IMG/VR virus record: IMGVR_UViG_3300020599_000004
Location: 1-64,000 of that record
Strand: one strand, 5' to 3'
Length of the DNA: 64,000 nt
From: a virus
The position numbers and the translations under genes are program-made. Under the pieces are notes generated by a model, which worked only from the letters and a program-made list of their open reading frames with translations, searched no databases and had not been told where the DNA came from. Shown piece by piece: positions 1 through 8,775 of the stretch. How positions within the stretch are numbered: the stretch's first letter is position 1; each line of letters starts with the position of its first letter.

Positions 1-117
1 CTGGTCTGCCGATCGATCCTCACCCGGTCAAACATGGCCGCACTACCTGGAACCGTATCGCACCCGGTCTGCATGGCGGGACGCTGGTTCTGCCACCGCG
101 TGATAAGGGAGCGAAAC

Positions 118-339
118 ATGTACCAGCCCAACCCACTGGAGGTCTTTAAGAAACGACGTAAGCAACGACAGAAGCAGGTTCTGTTCTACGTTCTAAACAT
201 CATCGTGCTGGTCGTGTGCATTAGCCATGCCATCGGTCAGTTCTATTTAGGGGTGAAAGCAAATGAAGAAAGAAGAATCCAAGAAGCCAGCCGCCAAGAA
301 ACCCTCCGCTACCAAGCCGGTGTCCAAACCCGTCGCTAA
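118..339 (+). CDS. small single-pass membrane protein
   Basis: ATG 118 preceded by AGGGAG; basic patch KKRRKQRQK followed by hydrophobic VLFYVLNIIVLVVCISHAI. Confidence 0.55.
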   Translation: MYQPNPLEVFKKRRKQRQKQVLFYVLNIIVLVVCISHAIGQFYLGVKANEERRIQEASRQETLRYQAGVQTRR

Positions 340-943
340 GCCGAAGAAGCCTGCGCTAAAGAGATGCCTGATCGTCCGTCAGCGTCCCAACCGTACCGTA
401 GGCGAAGCGGTCGAAGCAGGTCGCAAGAGACCATCCGATGCTCAGCCATCGGCGGTTGTCAAACAGACGGTGCGCGTACCACGGAAGAAGCCGGCAGCAC
501 CACAGCCGACCATCACACCCAAGGGCGAACGCAAGCGACGGCAGGCGCTGCGAGCAAAATTCCTCTCGGCAGTGACCGATCGGATCAACGAAAGCTTCCC
601 GGCATTCGGCGGAAGCCTGGAGCAACTGCGTCCTATCTTCATCGTGGATTGCAGCAATCCCGATGAGGTTCTGGTACAGATCTTTGCCAGTGGTCTGCTC
701 AGTGGTTTCACACCGAGTGTGCTTTCCAATAAACAGCTGTACGGCCAACGCAAATTCTGGGGATACCTGGAACACCACGCCAAGGGTGTTCGTGCCCTGG
801 TTTTCAAGCGAGAAACCAGGATCAAGGAATCTCGTTCGATCACCAGTCAGAATCTGGTGCTGGCTGTCAAGGTCGATACGCTGGGTCTGTTGCCACAACG
901 CGACTTGATCAACGTGATCTTCTCGGATTACGAAGGCAAGTAA
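263..943 (+). CDS. hypothetical protein with Lys/Pro/Ala-rich basic N-terminus
   Basis: 226-aa ORF; KKPAAKKPSATKPVSKPVAKPKKPA N-terminus followed by a globular-looking C-terminal half; start uncertain. Confidence 0.7.
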   Translation: MKKEESKKPAAKKPSATKPVSKPVAKPKKPALKRCLIVRQRPNRTVGEAVEAGRKRPSDAQPSAVVKQTVRVPRKKPAAPQPTITPKGERKRRQALRAKFLSAVTDRINESFPAFGGSLEQLRPIFIVDCSNPDEVLVQIFASGLLSGFTPSVLSNKQLYGQRKFWGYLEHHAKGVRALVFKRETRIKESRSITSQNLVLAVKVDTLGLLPQRDLINVIFSDYEGK

Positions 944-947
944 CGCC

Positions 948-1166
948 ATGCCCACGTCTGAGCAGTATGCAGACAGGGGCGATGTCTTTCACCTCGAGCT
1001 TAATGACACCACGTTCAGCTTCGAGGTGAAACGACACTTCAACCCAGAACAAGAACTGGCCGTTGTCAGGATGTCATTGAAGACCTCCGACGCACGGACC
1101 ATTATCCAACACTACATCGAGCATCTGGTCGAGACCGGTCTCGCCAGTCGTATAACGCTTCATTAA
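948..1166 (+). CDS. hypothetical protein
   Basis: 72-aa ORF starting 4 nt after the upstream stop. Confidence 0.65.
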   Translation: MPTSEQYADRGDVFHLELNDTTFSFEVKRHFNPEQELAVVRMSLKTSDARTIIQHYIEHLVETGLASRITLH

Positions 1167-1179
1167 GGGATAGGACACC

Positions 1180-1440
1180 ATGTCCAACACAGTCGTTGTG
1201 GTTGATAACACTAACATCACCATCAACATTCATCCGCTGGTCCTCTCGGGCCTGCGGCTTTCCCAACTGAGTCCCCTGCTAGGGGCTCGTTATGCCATCC
1301 ACCACTTACCGGAGGACGGCTTCGAGCCCAGCTACGCACTCACGGTCCATAATCGGGATCAGTGGGTCGAGGATTTGGTGAGGCGTTTGGAAGGATTCGT
1401 TGCTGGTGGTTTCATCGAACCCATCGAAAGAAAGCTGTAA
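1180..1440 (+). CDS. hypothetical protein
   Basis: 86-aa ORF with AGGA RBS; followed by a hairpin. Confidence 0.65.
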   Translation: MSNTVVVVDNTNITINIHPLVLSGLRLSQLSPLLGARYAIHHLPEDGFEPSYALTVHNRDQWVEDLVRRLEGFVAGGFIEPIERKL

Positions 1441-1452
1441 CCCATCCCACCC

Positions 1453-1492
1453 GGCAGAAAGCAGGCGAGCATCACGCTCGCCTGCCTATGCC
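1453..1492. terminator. hairpin element (GGCAGAAA-stem-CTATGCC)
   Basis: 10-bp stem GCAGGCGAGC/GCTCGCCTGC at 1461-1485. Confidence 0.65.
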
Positions 1493-1516
1493 CTCTCGTG
1501 AGTACAAAGGTGAACT

Positions 1517-2170
1517 ATGAAAACGCTATCCGTAATCGCAGCCCTCCTGATCAGCCTGTTTTCCGCCGGTGTTTATGCCGATGCGGTACCCTGTGCCAAA
1601 GCCGGTATAAACCTAAAAGACACCCGCTTCAGAGCTGAGTTTGCTCTTAGTGGTTCGTCGTTACGACTCTGTGCCCCGCTGGATGTGCCTTCCCATGGTA
1701 CGTACGTGATGGAAGACGGTACTACCCGCAACCTCCCTGGATGGATAAACGCCACCTGTGGCGCGAACAAAGTCTGCACTGCCCGTGGGCAATGGGCCGG
1801 CAATGCCCCTAAAGGCGATTATGTCATCGAAACAGGTTGGTACCTGGGGGTAGGTAGCCACGGGGACGTAGTCGCGTATGAAGGTGGCACTGGGCCAGCA
1901 TTTGGTGGTCATCGGTATGAGCCGGTTATCGCTCAGCTCCAGCCTGGCGAGAAGTTCCACGTGACGTGTCCTGTCAACGACAGTGCGTATTGTTCCCTTG
2001 CTGTAAACAGAGGGGTCTTTACGCTGACACTCGAAAAACTCCCCGAGGCTGGATTCCCCATGCTAAAACCCGAGGCTGTCGAGGCACAAGGCGGTAATTG
2101 TGACTCTGTGCCGATGTGCTACGACAGCAATGGCAACCAAATCGGCCTTAATGCCGAATACTTCAACTGA
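1517..2170 (+). CDS. exported Cys-rich protein (signal peptide)
   Basis: MKTLSVIAALLISLFSAGVYA signal peptide; 8 Cys in the mature part. Confidence 0.75.
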   Translation: MKTLSVIAALLISLFSAGVYADAVPCAKAGINLKDTRFRAEFALSGSSLRLCAPLDVPSHGTYVMEDGTTRNLPGWINATCGANKVCTARGQWAGNAPKGDYVIETGWYLGVGSHGDVVAYEGGTGPAFGGHRYEPVIAQLQPGEKFHVTCPVNDSAYCSLAVNRGVFTLTLEKLPEAGFPMLKPEAVEAQGGNCDSVPMCYDSNGNQIGLNAEYFN

Positions 2171-2184
2171 AGGAATGTGCACCG

Positions 2185-2409
2185 ATGAGACGCATCGTAC
2201 AGACTGCATTAGTGGTGGAGGTAGCAGTTGCATTAGCCATGGCCAGTCACCTTAGTAGCGCCGGTTCTCAACCGCCAGCGCAGCTAAAGGTGGCTCGAAC
2301 ACTGGTCTGCGCTGAAGCCACTTGCATAGACGATAAAGGCAACGAGGTCAAAACCGACCTGGGCGCTGGCCCCTGGACGCAATACGCGGTCGTGGTTCGC
2401 AGACAGTAG
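2185..2409 (+). CDS. small exported/membrane protein
   Basis: hydrophobic N-terminus; CAEATCIDDKGNEV motif. Confidence 0.55.
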   Translation: MRRIVQTALVVEVAVALAMASHLSSAGSQPPAQLKVARTLVCAEATCIDDKGNEVKTDLGAGPWTQYAVVVRRQ

Positions 2410-2484
2410 AGACATCGCTGAAAACACAGGAAGGGCGATGTACCCTTCTTATCTGCCAACTATACTGCAATGAAGGGGTTTCTA

Positions 2485-3012
2485 ATGTCTGTACACCTAC
2501 TGGCCACTGTTAATCAATGGAACCGAGTCCTGAACGACATCGACTTCGAGCAACTGCTTCGCTTAAGTAATGGCGAATGCATCATTGCCGAGGGAAAGAT
2601 GTTTGATTACTTAGGTTCCAGCCTACCGGATCGCTTCATGATCAGTGTAGGTGAGCCTGCAATGCCAATCGCGCCTGTTGCCGTCAGAAGCACAGTGGAG
2701 GACGCTTTGGCGCTGTTTGCAGGCAGTGGCTGTAAGGACGCGGTCGTACTCGGACAGTCGAAAGGGTTCTTGAGTGAAATCATCGAACACACGGATGTAG
2801 TTCACGTCACCATCTTGGATGGTAACCGGGACGATCGGATTGGTGACTTTATAGCGCTGCCGTCGGAGAAGTGGACCATCACTCATCACGACATGACCCG
2901 TGGCGATATCAACGGTCCATTTAAGCGGAAGATCCAACGGCGATATAGACGATCAACAGGGGATAACTTGGAATGGCACCCGAAACAAAGCTCACGTGGG
3001 CCTTCGGCCTGA
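2485..3012 (+). CDS. hypothetical protein
   Basis: ATG 2485 with GAAGGGG RBS; ~175 aa. Confidence 0.65.
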   Translation: MSVHLLATVNQWNRVLNDIDFEQLLRLSNGECIIAEGKMFDYLGSSLPDRFMISVGEPAMPIAPVAVRSTVEDALALFAGSGCKDAVVLGQSKGFLSEIIEHTDVVHVTILDGNRDDRIGDFIALPSEKWTITHHDMTRGDINGPFKRKIQRRYRRSTGDNLEWHPKQSSRGPSA

Positions 3013-3117
3013 TGCTGCTGTTTACGCTGGTGTACATGGGGTTCAGTGATGAGGCGCCTGGTCCTACAGCCGCTGAAGCTGGAGTCATCATGCCCACCCG
3101 CGACGCCATAAACGAGT

Positions 3118-3156
3118 GACATAATTCGGGGGTCCTCATGGGCCCCCGTTTATGCC
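3118..3156. terminator. GACATAA-hairpin-TTTATGCC element
   Basis: stem CGGGGGTCC/GGGCCCCCG flanked by GACATAA and TTTATGCC. Confidence 0.7.
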
Positions 3157-3267
3157 GCTTGTTTTTTGGATTCCAATTAATCTCAGTAATACATTGTTTT
3201 AGTGACCTTCCGGAACAGATAGTTCCTTCTTACCTTAACCTAGCTGATAAAGCTCAAGGAGTTTCAC

Positions 3268-3540
3268 ATGAACGTATTTGCTAAAGTTGCTCTGGTTGCT
3301 GGCGTTGCTGCTGTTGGCGCTGTGGTTACCAAAGTCGCCCTGGTTGTTCGCGCTGAACGCAAAGCGACTAAAGAGACCGTACAACACATACCGGGTAGTG
3401 TCATCGCCGGTATCCGTGATACTGCCATGGCTGCTGTACGTGCTTCGGAAGAAGCCGTCGGTCAGTGCAGTAAAGATAGCATCGCTGCCGATCAGAACCT
3501 GGCTAAGGCCATGGACAAACTGAACAACAGCAACATCTAA
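3268..3540 (+). CDS. small membrane-anchored protein
   Basis: AAGGAG RBS; hydrophobic N-terminus VALVAGVAAVGAVVTKVALVV. Confidence 0.75.
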   Translation: MNVFAKVALVAGVAAVGAVVTKVALVVRAERKATKETVQHIPGSVIAGIRDTAMAAVRASEEAVGQCSKDSIAADQNLAKAMDKLNNSNI

Positions 3541-3560
3541 ACGCTCACGAGGTACGCACC

Positions 3561-3710
3561 ATGAAAGAAGTCACCCTGCTGCTCGTCGGCATTGGTATCG
3601 GATTCATCCTGGCTAAGAAAGGTCAGGAGAACAAGGTCCTCAAAGCCAAGCTGGAAGCCTATCAATCGGCTGCTTGCAAATATAACCAGCAACAAGGAGC
3701 CACGCAATGA
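3561..3710 (+). CDS. 49-aa membrane-anchored protein (not in ORF track)
   Basis: GAGGT RBS; MKEVTLLLVGIGIGFILAKKGQENKVLKAKLEAYQSAACKYNQQQGATQ; ATGA overlap with the next gene. Confidence 0.7.
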   Translation: MKEVTLLLVGIGIGFILAKKGQENKVLKAKLEAYQSAACKYNQQQGATQ

Positions 3711-3889
3711 GTTACGGCAAAGCAATCGTCATCGGCGGTCTCCTGGCTGCTGGTGCCCTGTATGCCACCAAGAAGTTCCTCGACTGGGCTGAGGAACAAG
3801 TCACCAAGGATGAACTCAGCCAGCAGCAACTGGCTGAGCGTCTCGGTACTCCGCCATCGCCTGTTGATGAGGTAAAAGACAATGGGTAA
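3707..3889 (+). CDS. small membrane-anchored protein
   Basis: AAGGAG RBS, ATGA overlap; AIVIGGLLAAGALYA N-terminal TM. Confidence 0.7.
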   Translation: MSYGKAIVIGGLLAAGALYATKKFLDWAEEQVTKDELSQQQLAERLGTPPSPVDEVKDNG

Positions 3890-4076
3890 GTTCCTCGTCG
3901 GCCTTCTGGCCTTCTACACTGTCGGCTCCATCGGCGCCATGGCCATGAACCTGGGCGAACGACTGGAGGGACTTAGCGAGCGCGTGGATGCCAACGGCAA
4001 GCTCGAAGCGCGCAACCGTGCCCAGTCACTCGACTTGGCCAGCAACGCTCAGCGTCAAAAAGACGCTGAACAATAA
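3882..4076 (+). CDS. small membrane-anchored protein
   Basis: GAGGT RBS; FLVGLLAFYTVGSIGAMAM TM then coiled-coil-like segment. Confidence 0.7.
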   Translation: MGKFLVGLLAFYTVGSIGAMAMNLGERLEGLSERVDANGKLEARNRAQSLDLASNAQRQKDAEQ

Positions 4077-4078
4077 GC

Positions 4079-4128
4079 GGCATAAGCAGGGGACCTTCGG
4101 GTCCCCTGCGAACTGCCCTTTATTTTTT
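4079..4128. terminator. bidirectional intrinsic terminator with UUCG tetraloop
   Basis: GGCATAA + GCAGGGGACC-TTCG-GGTCCCCTGC between convergent genes; T-run downstream. Confidence 0.8.
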
Positions 4129-4132
4129 GCCT

Positions 4133-5674
4133 TTAGAAGTCCATGTCCATGAACTCTCCACCACCTGCACCATTGCGCCCACCGATCTGACGGTAGCTGG
4201 AGTCTTCTGCCAGGATGTCGTAAGCGATGCCGTACAGCGGCGGTTCCAAGAACTTCAGCACAAAGTACTTGTCTTTCTCCGGAGTAGCACCTACCTTGCG
4301 GTGCTTGCCCCAGAGTACTTCCAGCCAGGCACCGGCAGAGGTGATCTGCTTATTCAGGTAGCCCTCACCGTCCACTTCGTCATCCAGTTTCTTACAGCTC
4401 TGGTAGAAGCCCTTGCCAGGTAGCTTCATGAGGAAGTTCTTCTCATCCATCCGCTTCTCGTCCTTGGCTTGGGTCGAGAGCTGGTGTGCAGTATGGTGCA
4501 GGATACGATTCGCCGTGGTATATTCGCGTACCCGGCGGAACATGTCCTGGATGTCGTCACCTGTGGAAGCATTGTTACAGCCTTCCCGGTTGAACATCGC
4601 CAGGTAGTCGCAGACCACCATCGCGATTTCGTAACCGTCGGCCTTATAGTTCTCCAGGGTCTGGACGTACTTGAAGTACGTGAACATCGAGGGCCGTACC
4701 CGGTGAATGAACACGTCCCAGCCGCGGGCCGTGAGCTTCTCCATGACGTAACGGGTTGCTTCATCCTTGTCGATCTGTTTAACCTTGATCGGCATCCCTG
4801 TTTCGATCTGCTTCAGGATCACGTAGATCTTCTGAATGATGATCGGGGTGTCATCCTCAGTGGAGAACAGAATGATAGCCGGCTTCTTGGTCTTGTCAAA
4901 TGCAAACGGGTCGTTGAAGATGCAACCACCTACGAACAGGTCCATCAACCAACCGGACTTGTAGTTGTGGGGCAGGGCACACCAGTTCCAGAACTCACCT
5001 CGACGGAATGCACCCACTTCGCCGGTCATTCGGTTGGCAGCGTGCCAAGGTGCCTTGATAGTACCTTCATCAGACATCACGTCTTCGAGTTCGGTGAAGG
5101 CGTTACGAACCGAATCAGCCAGCTTGAAGTTCACTGTACTGACAAAAGCAGGGTCTTGCTTGACATCCCCACCCATGTCGATGGAACCCAACTCACCTAT
5201 GGTCAATTGCAGGAAGTGGTTCCAGTCCTGGATTTCTGATGCCTTAAAGGCAGCGCTGTGAGACGCTTTACGCAGCGTCTCCTTAACCTTTTCTTGGTTG
5301 ATGTACTTACGCAGGTCGGTCAGACCACGGTTTACTGAACGAACGAGGACGTCTCGGTTGGGGTAATCACAGATCGATTGCAGGAAAGCATCGTAGAGCT
5401 TGTCATCTTTCCCAGCGTTGATTCTCAAGCGCTGTAGGAGATCGTTCTTGTCATATGGTTGTGAATCAGTGTTCGACAGCATCCACAACAAGGTGGATCG
5501 CAGTTGCATGATGGTATTGCGTTCGATGCCTTCATCTGCCGCCGCTTCAGGCACCTTGATGTAATCCATCGCCTTGCGGATGATCGGCTTGGAGGTCGAT
5601 TCCCGTTTGTCATCAAGCAGGCTCTCTTGATACAGCAGTGTGATCGCCTTGACTGTAAACAGTTTGATATCCAT
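4133..5674 (-). CDS. DnaB-like replicative helicase (phiKZ gp118-like)
   Basis: RRGE..ALPHNYKSG Walker A-like, IILFSTED, MVVCDY Walker B, HTAHQLS motif; sits just before the capsid gene as in phiKZ-like phages. Confidence 0.85.
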   Translation of the reverse strand: MDIKLFTVKAITLLYQESLLDDKRESTSKPIIRKAMDYIKVPEAAADEGIERNTIMQLRSTLLWMLSNTDSQPYDKNDLLQRLRINAGKDDKLYDAFLQSICDYPNRDVLVRSVNRGLTDLRKYINQEKVKETLRKASHSAAFKASEIQDWNHFLQLTIGELGSIDMGGDVKQDPAFVSTVNFKLADSVRNAFTELEDVMSDEGTIKAPWHAANRMTGEVGAFRRGEFWNWCALPHNYKSGWLMDLFVGGCIFNDPFAFDKTKKPAIILFSTEDDTPIIIQKIYVILKQIETGMPIKVKQIDKDEATRYVMEKLTARGWDVFIHRVRPSMFTYFKYVQTLENYKADGYEIAMVVCDYLAMFNREGCNNASTGDDIQDMFRRVREYTTANRILHHTAHQLSTQAKDEKRMDEKNFLMKLPGKGFYQSCKKLDDEVDGEGYLNKQITSAGAWLEVLWGKHRKVGATPEKDKYFVLKFLEPPLYGIAYDILAEDSSYRQIGGRNGAGGGEFMDMDF

Positions 5675-5714
5675 CGTTACGCCTAATGGAAAATAGTAGA
5701 GGGGGAGTGTCTAA

Positions 5715-6254
5715 ATGACGCTTAAACTGATCTTCGTACCAACGTGGCTCGAGAAAATTCTGAAGGCGTCTAACGAGGGCCTGAACGCAATTCTCGAACC
5801 GGAAATTTTGGGTCGCATACTATCGACTAACGACTTAGATTTCTACAAGTCGACGCAGCAAAGTCTGGCACAGATTCTGCCAGAATGCGTCGTCCAGTCG
5901 TTTGATACCGGCAGAAACGCACTGCCCGGTGAAGAGGGCGCCCCCCGCTACACCGGTAGCATCGCGACCGTTGCTGATGAGGATGGTAGTCTTTCTCGGC
6001 AATATTTGTATGGGAATTTACCGGATCAGGATGACCTGCCGATCCGGCCCGCCTTCAAGGTAGCACGGGTCGGCTACGACCACGTCATCCTGACGGTAGA
6101 TCTCACCGAGGCTGCACAGGCAGACGCCCAAGGCAATCTTATGAAGGCCCTTCTGAAAGAACTGAGAGGGGCTCTACCGTTAGAAACAGTGTCCACGCTT
6201 CCGATCATGCAAAAGTGGTTGGAGTCGAGGACCGTTAACCAGCTCGCTTGCTAG
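5715..6254 (+). CDS. hypothetical (probable head-associated) protein
   Basis: 179-aa ORF with GGGGAG RBS between helicase and capsid genes; function inferred only from position. Confidence 0.7.
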   Translation: MTLKLIFVPTWLEKILKASNEGLNAILEPEILGRILSTNDLDFYKSTQQSLAQILPECVVQSFDTGRNALPGEEGAPRYTGSIATVADEDGSLSRQYLYGNLPDQDDLPIRPAFKVARVGYDHVILTVDLTEAAQADAQGNLMKALLKELRGALPLETVSTLPIMQKWLESRTVNQLAC

Positions 6255-6277
6255 GCGGTTAATCTTTAACCGAATAG

Positions 6278-6281
6278 TATG
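6278..6281 (+). promoter_or_regulatory. candidate late promoter TATG upstream of major capsid gene
   Basis: TATG in AT-rich gap 75 nt before the MCP start; TATG is the phiKZ late/nvRNAP promoter consensus. Confidence 0.35.
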
Positions 6282-6356
6282 CAAGTTTACGTATCGGTTA
6301 GAAATAACCGAGTTCCGTAAAACCAACGCAGCAACTCACAACGGGAAATCATCAAT

Positions 6357-8630
6357 ATGCCAGCAATCATCGCCGGCTCCAAGGCCAAGCAGCACGAGAA
6401 AAAGGGCCTGGGCAGCCTCGTACAGCACCTGACCGACGATCTCCGCAATCGCGGCGCGTCGTTCGCCAACCCGGACTTCGCCGGCTCCATGGCCTCCCTG
6501 GAGTCCATCCCGTCCGACGTTCGTGCCAGCGCCATCCATGGCCTGCAAGAACACGCCGTCGCCCTGGAACACCTGGCCAACGAGTACGGTCTGAAGGGCC
6601 TGACTCCCGCGCAGATCACCGCCGGTGCTGTGGTCGCTAACGTCGCCGGTCGTCCGATCGACTACATGCGTCCGGCTATGAGCCAGGTCGCCGTCTCCCA
6701 AGAAGGCATCCACATGGTGGGTGTGGACGAGGGCGGTTCGGCCGGCGGCTACGGCTACGCTGACATCCACCCGTCCCTGGAAGCGTTCGACAACTCCAAC
6801 CTGGTCGACTTCGTCGGTCTGTCGATCCTCTACAACATCCAGGCCGCGCGTCAGGACCAGTTCTCCGAAGCCTTCTTCCGTACCGTGGTGACCACCCCGG
6901 ACAACGGCGGCGTCGACCTGGCCATCCGCAACCAGCTGGTCTTCAACCACTACCTGCACGGTGTGGACGGCACCCCGACCAACTTCGCGCAGAAGCGTCT
7001 GCTCGACGCCGCTCTGGACTACGAGATCCTGAGCGACCACAGCACCACCCTGCTGCCGGAAGTGCTGGAAGACGATTCCAACGCCGACTTCTTCGTTCCG
7101 GCCGCCGCCGTTGCCCCGCGTTACATCGACCTGGGCAACCGCACCGTCCGTACCGCTCCGCTGAAGATCGGTAAGCAGGTCGACCTGATCGGCATCAGCC
7201 AGAACAACCTGATCAAGAAGAACGGTGTTGCCGACAACACCGACTCGCTGGATCGGATGACCGGCCTGAAGAACATCTACCTGCAAATCGCCGACGGCGA
7301 CGTGATCCGCTTCAACACCCTGTCCCTGCCGCGCTCCTTCTTCGTGAAGGGTCCGGAAGGTCGTGCTCGTCAGCAGATCCTGCACTTCTCCACCCGCAGC
7401 CTGCAACTGAACAAGCACACCGTGACCCAGGACGGCGGCGCTGTCACCAACGCCATCCTGAAGCAGATCGTGGACAACGACCTGGTGGTCAACCTGAAGC
7501 TGACCCTGACCGGCGAGCTGGACACCGAGTACGGCAACGTCTCCGTCAACGGCAGCCCGGTCGACGTGGTCGCCGTGTACAACGCCGCTCGCGAGAAGCT
7601 GGCGCTGGACGCCGGTGTCGGCAAGCAGATCGTGGACGGTCTGAAGCAACTGGCCATCATCGGCTGGGACCCGAACGCCCGTCTGAGCAACGCCAACCGC
7701 GCCGAGCGTGGCCTGCAACTGAACAACCAGGAGTACGTGGAGCGCTATCCGGTGCTGCTCGGCCCGCCGATGTCCATTCCGTCCCCGCTGATGGAAAACC
7801 GCGACGCCGGCGAGATGAACGCACTGATCGCCGCCACCCGCCTGCGCAACAGCAACAACGCGGTCACCAAGCTGCTGAACTACGCGGAAAACCTGGAAGC
7901 CTTCGTCACCATCACCGAAGAATCGATCGCCGAGGACATGACCCCGGAAATCGAGGGCATCGCGCGCTTCCTGGTTCGCCCGTGGCACCGCAAGCTGGAC
8001 CTGCACCTGCCGGACCACATCAACAGCATCAAGTCGCAAGACCGCATCGCCGACGTCCAGGCCGTCCTGGTCAACGCGATCCGCGACGGTGTCTACGATG
8101 CCTACCGTGAGTCCAACATCAAGACCGCCCTGGACGCCCTGACCGGCTACACCGGCGAGAAGGTGAAGGTGCTGATCGGTACCGACCCGGTTCTGAGCCG
8201 CTACATCGTGACCCCGGGCGACACCCGCACCCTGGGCGACGATCTCGAATTCGAGAAAGTCTCCACCATGGACCTGCGCGTCGTCGGCAAGATCTTCTAC
8301 ACCTTCATCCGTGAAGGTGACGGGATCGACCCGCTGAACTTCGGTTCGCACATCTGGATTCCGGAGCTCATCTCCAGCGTCCAAGTGAGCCGCAACAACC
8401 GTCAGTTCCGCGAAGCGATGGTTCAGAACCGCAGCCGTCACGTCGTTCACCTGCCGATCCTCGGCGTGATCAACGTCACCGGCCTGCACGAAGCTGTGGT
8501 CGATCAGACCCAGTTTCCCGTTGTCACCTCCGAAGCCGACGATTCCACTGGCGGCGGCACTGGCGGTAACGGCACTGGGGGCACTGGCGGCACCGGTGGT
8601 GACACCGGCACCGGTAGCGGCACCCCGTAA
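6357..8630 (+). CDS. major capsid protein (phiKZ gp120-like)
   Basis: 757 aa with very strong codon bias; SLE|AFDN propeptide-like site; QDxFSEAFFRTVV and HLPILGVINV segments resembling phiKZ-type MCPs; helicase-MCP-RNAP synteny. Confidence 0.88.
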   Translation: MPAIIAGSKAKQHEKKGLGSLVQHLTDDLRNRGASFANPDFAGSMASLESIPSDVRASAIHGLQEHAVALEHLANEYGLKGLTPAQITAGAVVANVAGRPIDYMRPAMSQVAVSQEGIHMVGVDEGGSAGGYGYADIHPSLEAFDNSNLVDFVGLSILYNIQAARQDQFSEAFFRTVVTTPDNGGVDLAIRNQLVFNHYLHGVDGTPTNFAQKRLLDAALDYEILSDHSTTLLPEVLEDDSNADFFVPAAAVAPRYIDLGNRTVRTAPLKIGKQVDLIGISQNNLIKKNGVADNTDSLDRMTGLKNIYLQIADGDVIRFNTLSLPRSFFVKGPEGRARQQILHFSTRSLQLNKHTVTQDGGAVTNAILKQIVDNDLVVNLKLTLTGELDTEYGNVSVNGSPVDVVAVYNAAREKLALDAGVGKQIVDGLKQLAIIGWDPNARLSNANRAERGLQLNNQEYVERYPVLLGPPMSIPSPLMENRDAGEMNALIAATRLRNSNNAVTKLLNYAENLEAFVTITEESIAEDMTPEIEGIARFLVRPWHRKLDLHLPDHINSIKSQDRIADVQAVLVNAIRDGVYDAYRESNIKTALDALTGYTGEKVKVLIGTDPVLSRYIVTPGDTRTLGDDLEFEKVSTMDLRVVGKIFYTFIREGDGIDPLNFGSHIWIPELISSVQVSRNNRQFREAMVQNRSRHVVHLPILGVINVTGLHEAVVDQTQFPVVTSEADDSTGGGTGGNGTGGTGGTGGDTGTGSGTP

Positions 8631-8665
8631 CCCGTAGTGGCGGTGTGAACTGCTGCGAGTAAGAC

Positions 8666-8699
8666 GCATAAAGCGGGGCCATCAGGCCCCGCTTTATGC
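8666..8699. terminator. GCATAAA-hairpin-TTTATGC terminator after MCP
   Basis: 15-bp perfect inverted repeat GCATAAAGCGGGGCC/GGCCCCGCTTTATGC. Confidence 0.8.
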
Positions 8700-8775
8700 C
8701 GTTATGATGAAAACTATTTGAGTCGTACATTATGGGAGTGAACTGAGATTCCGAAAGAAGGAATTTTTAGCCGCT

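Noticed and set aside
6336-8669. 777-aa antisense ORF over the major capsid gene
   Set aside because: Exact shadow of the MCP frame; explained by extreme C/G-ending codon bias removing antisense stops; no RBS or recognisable motifs
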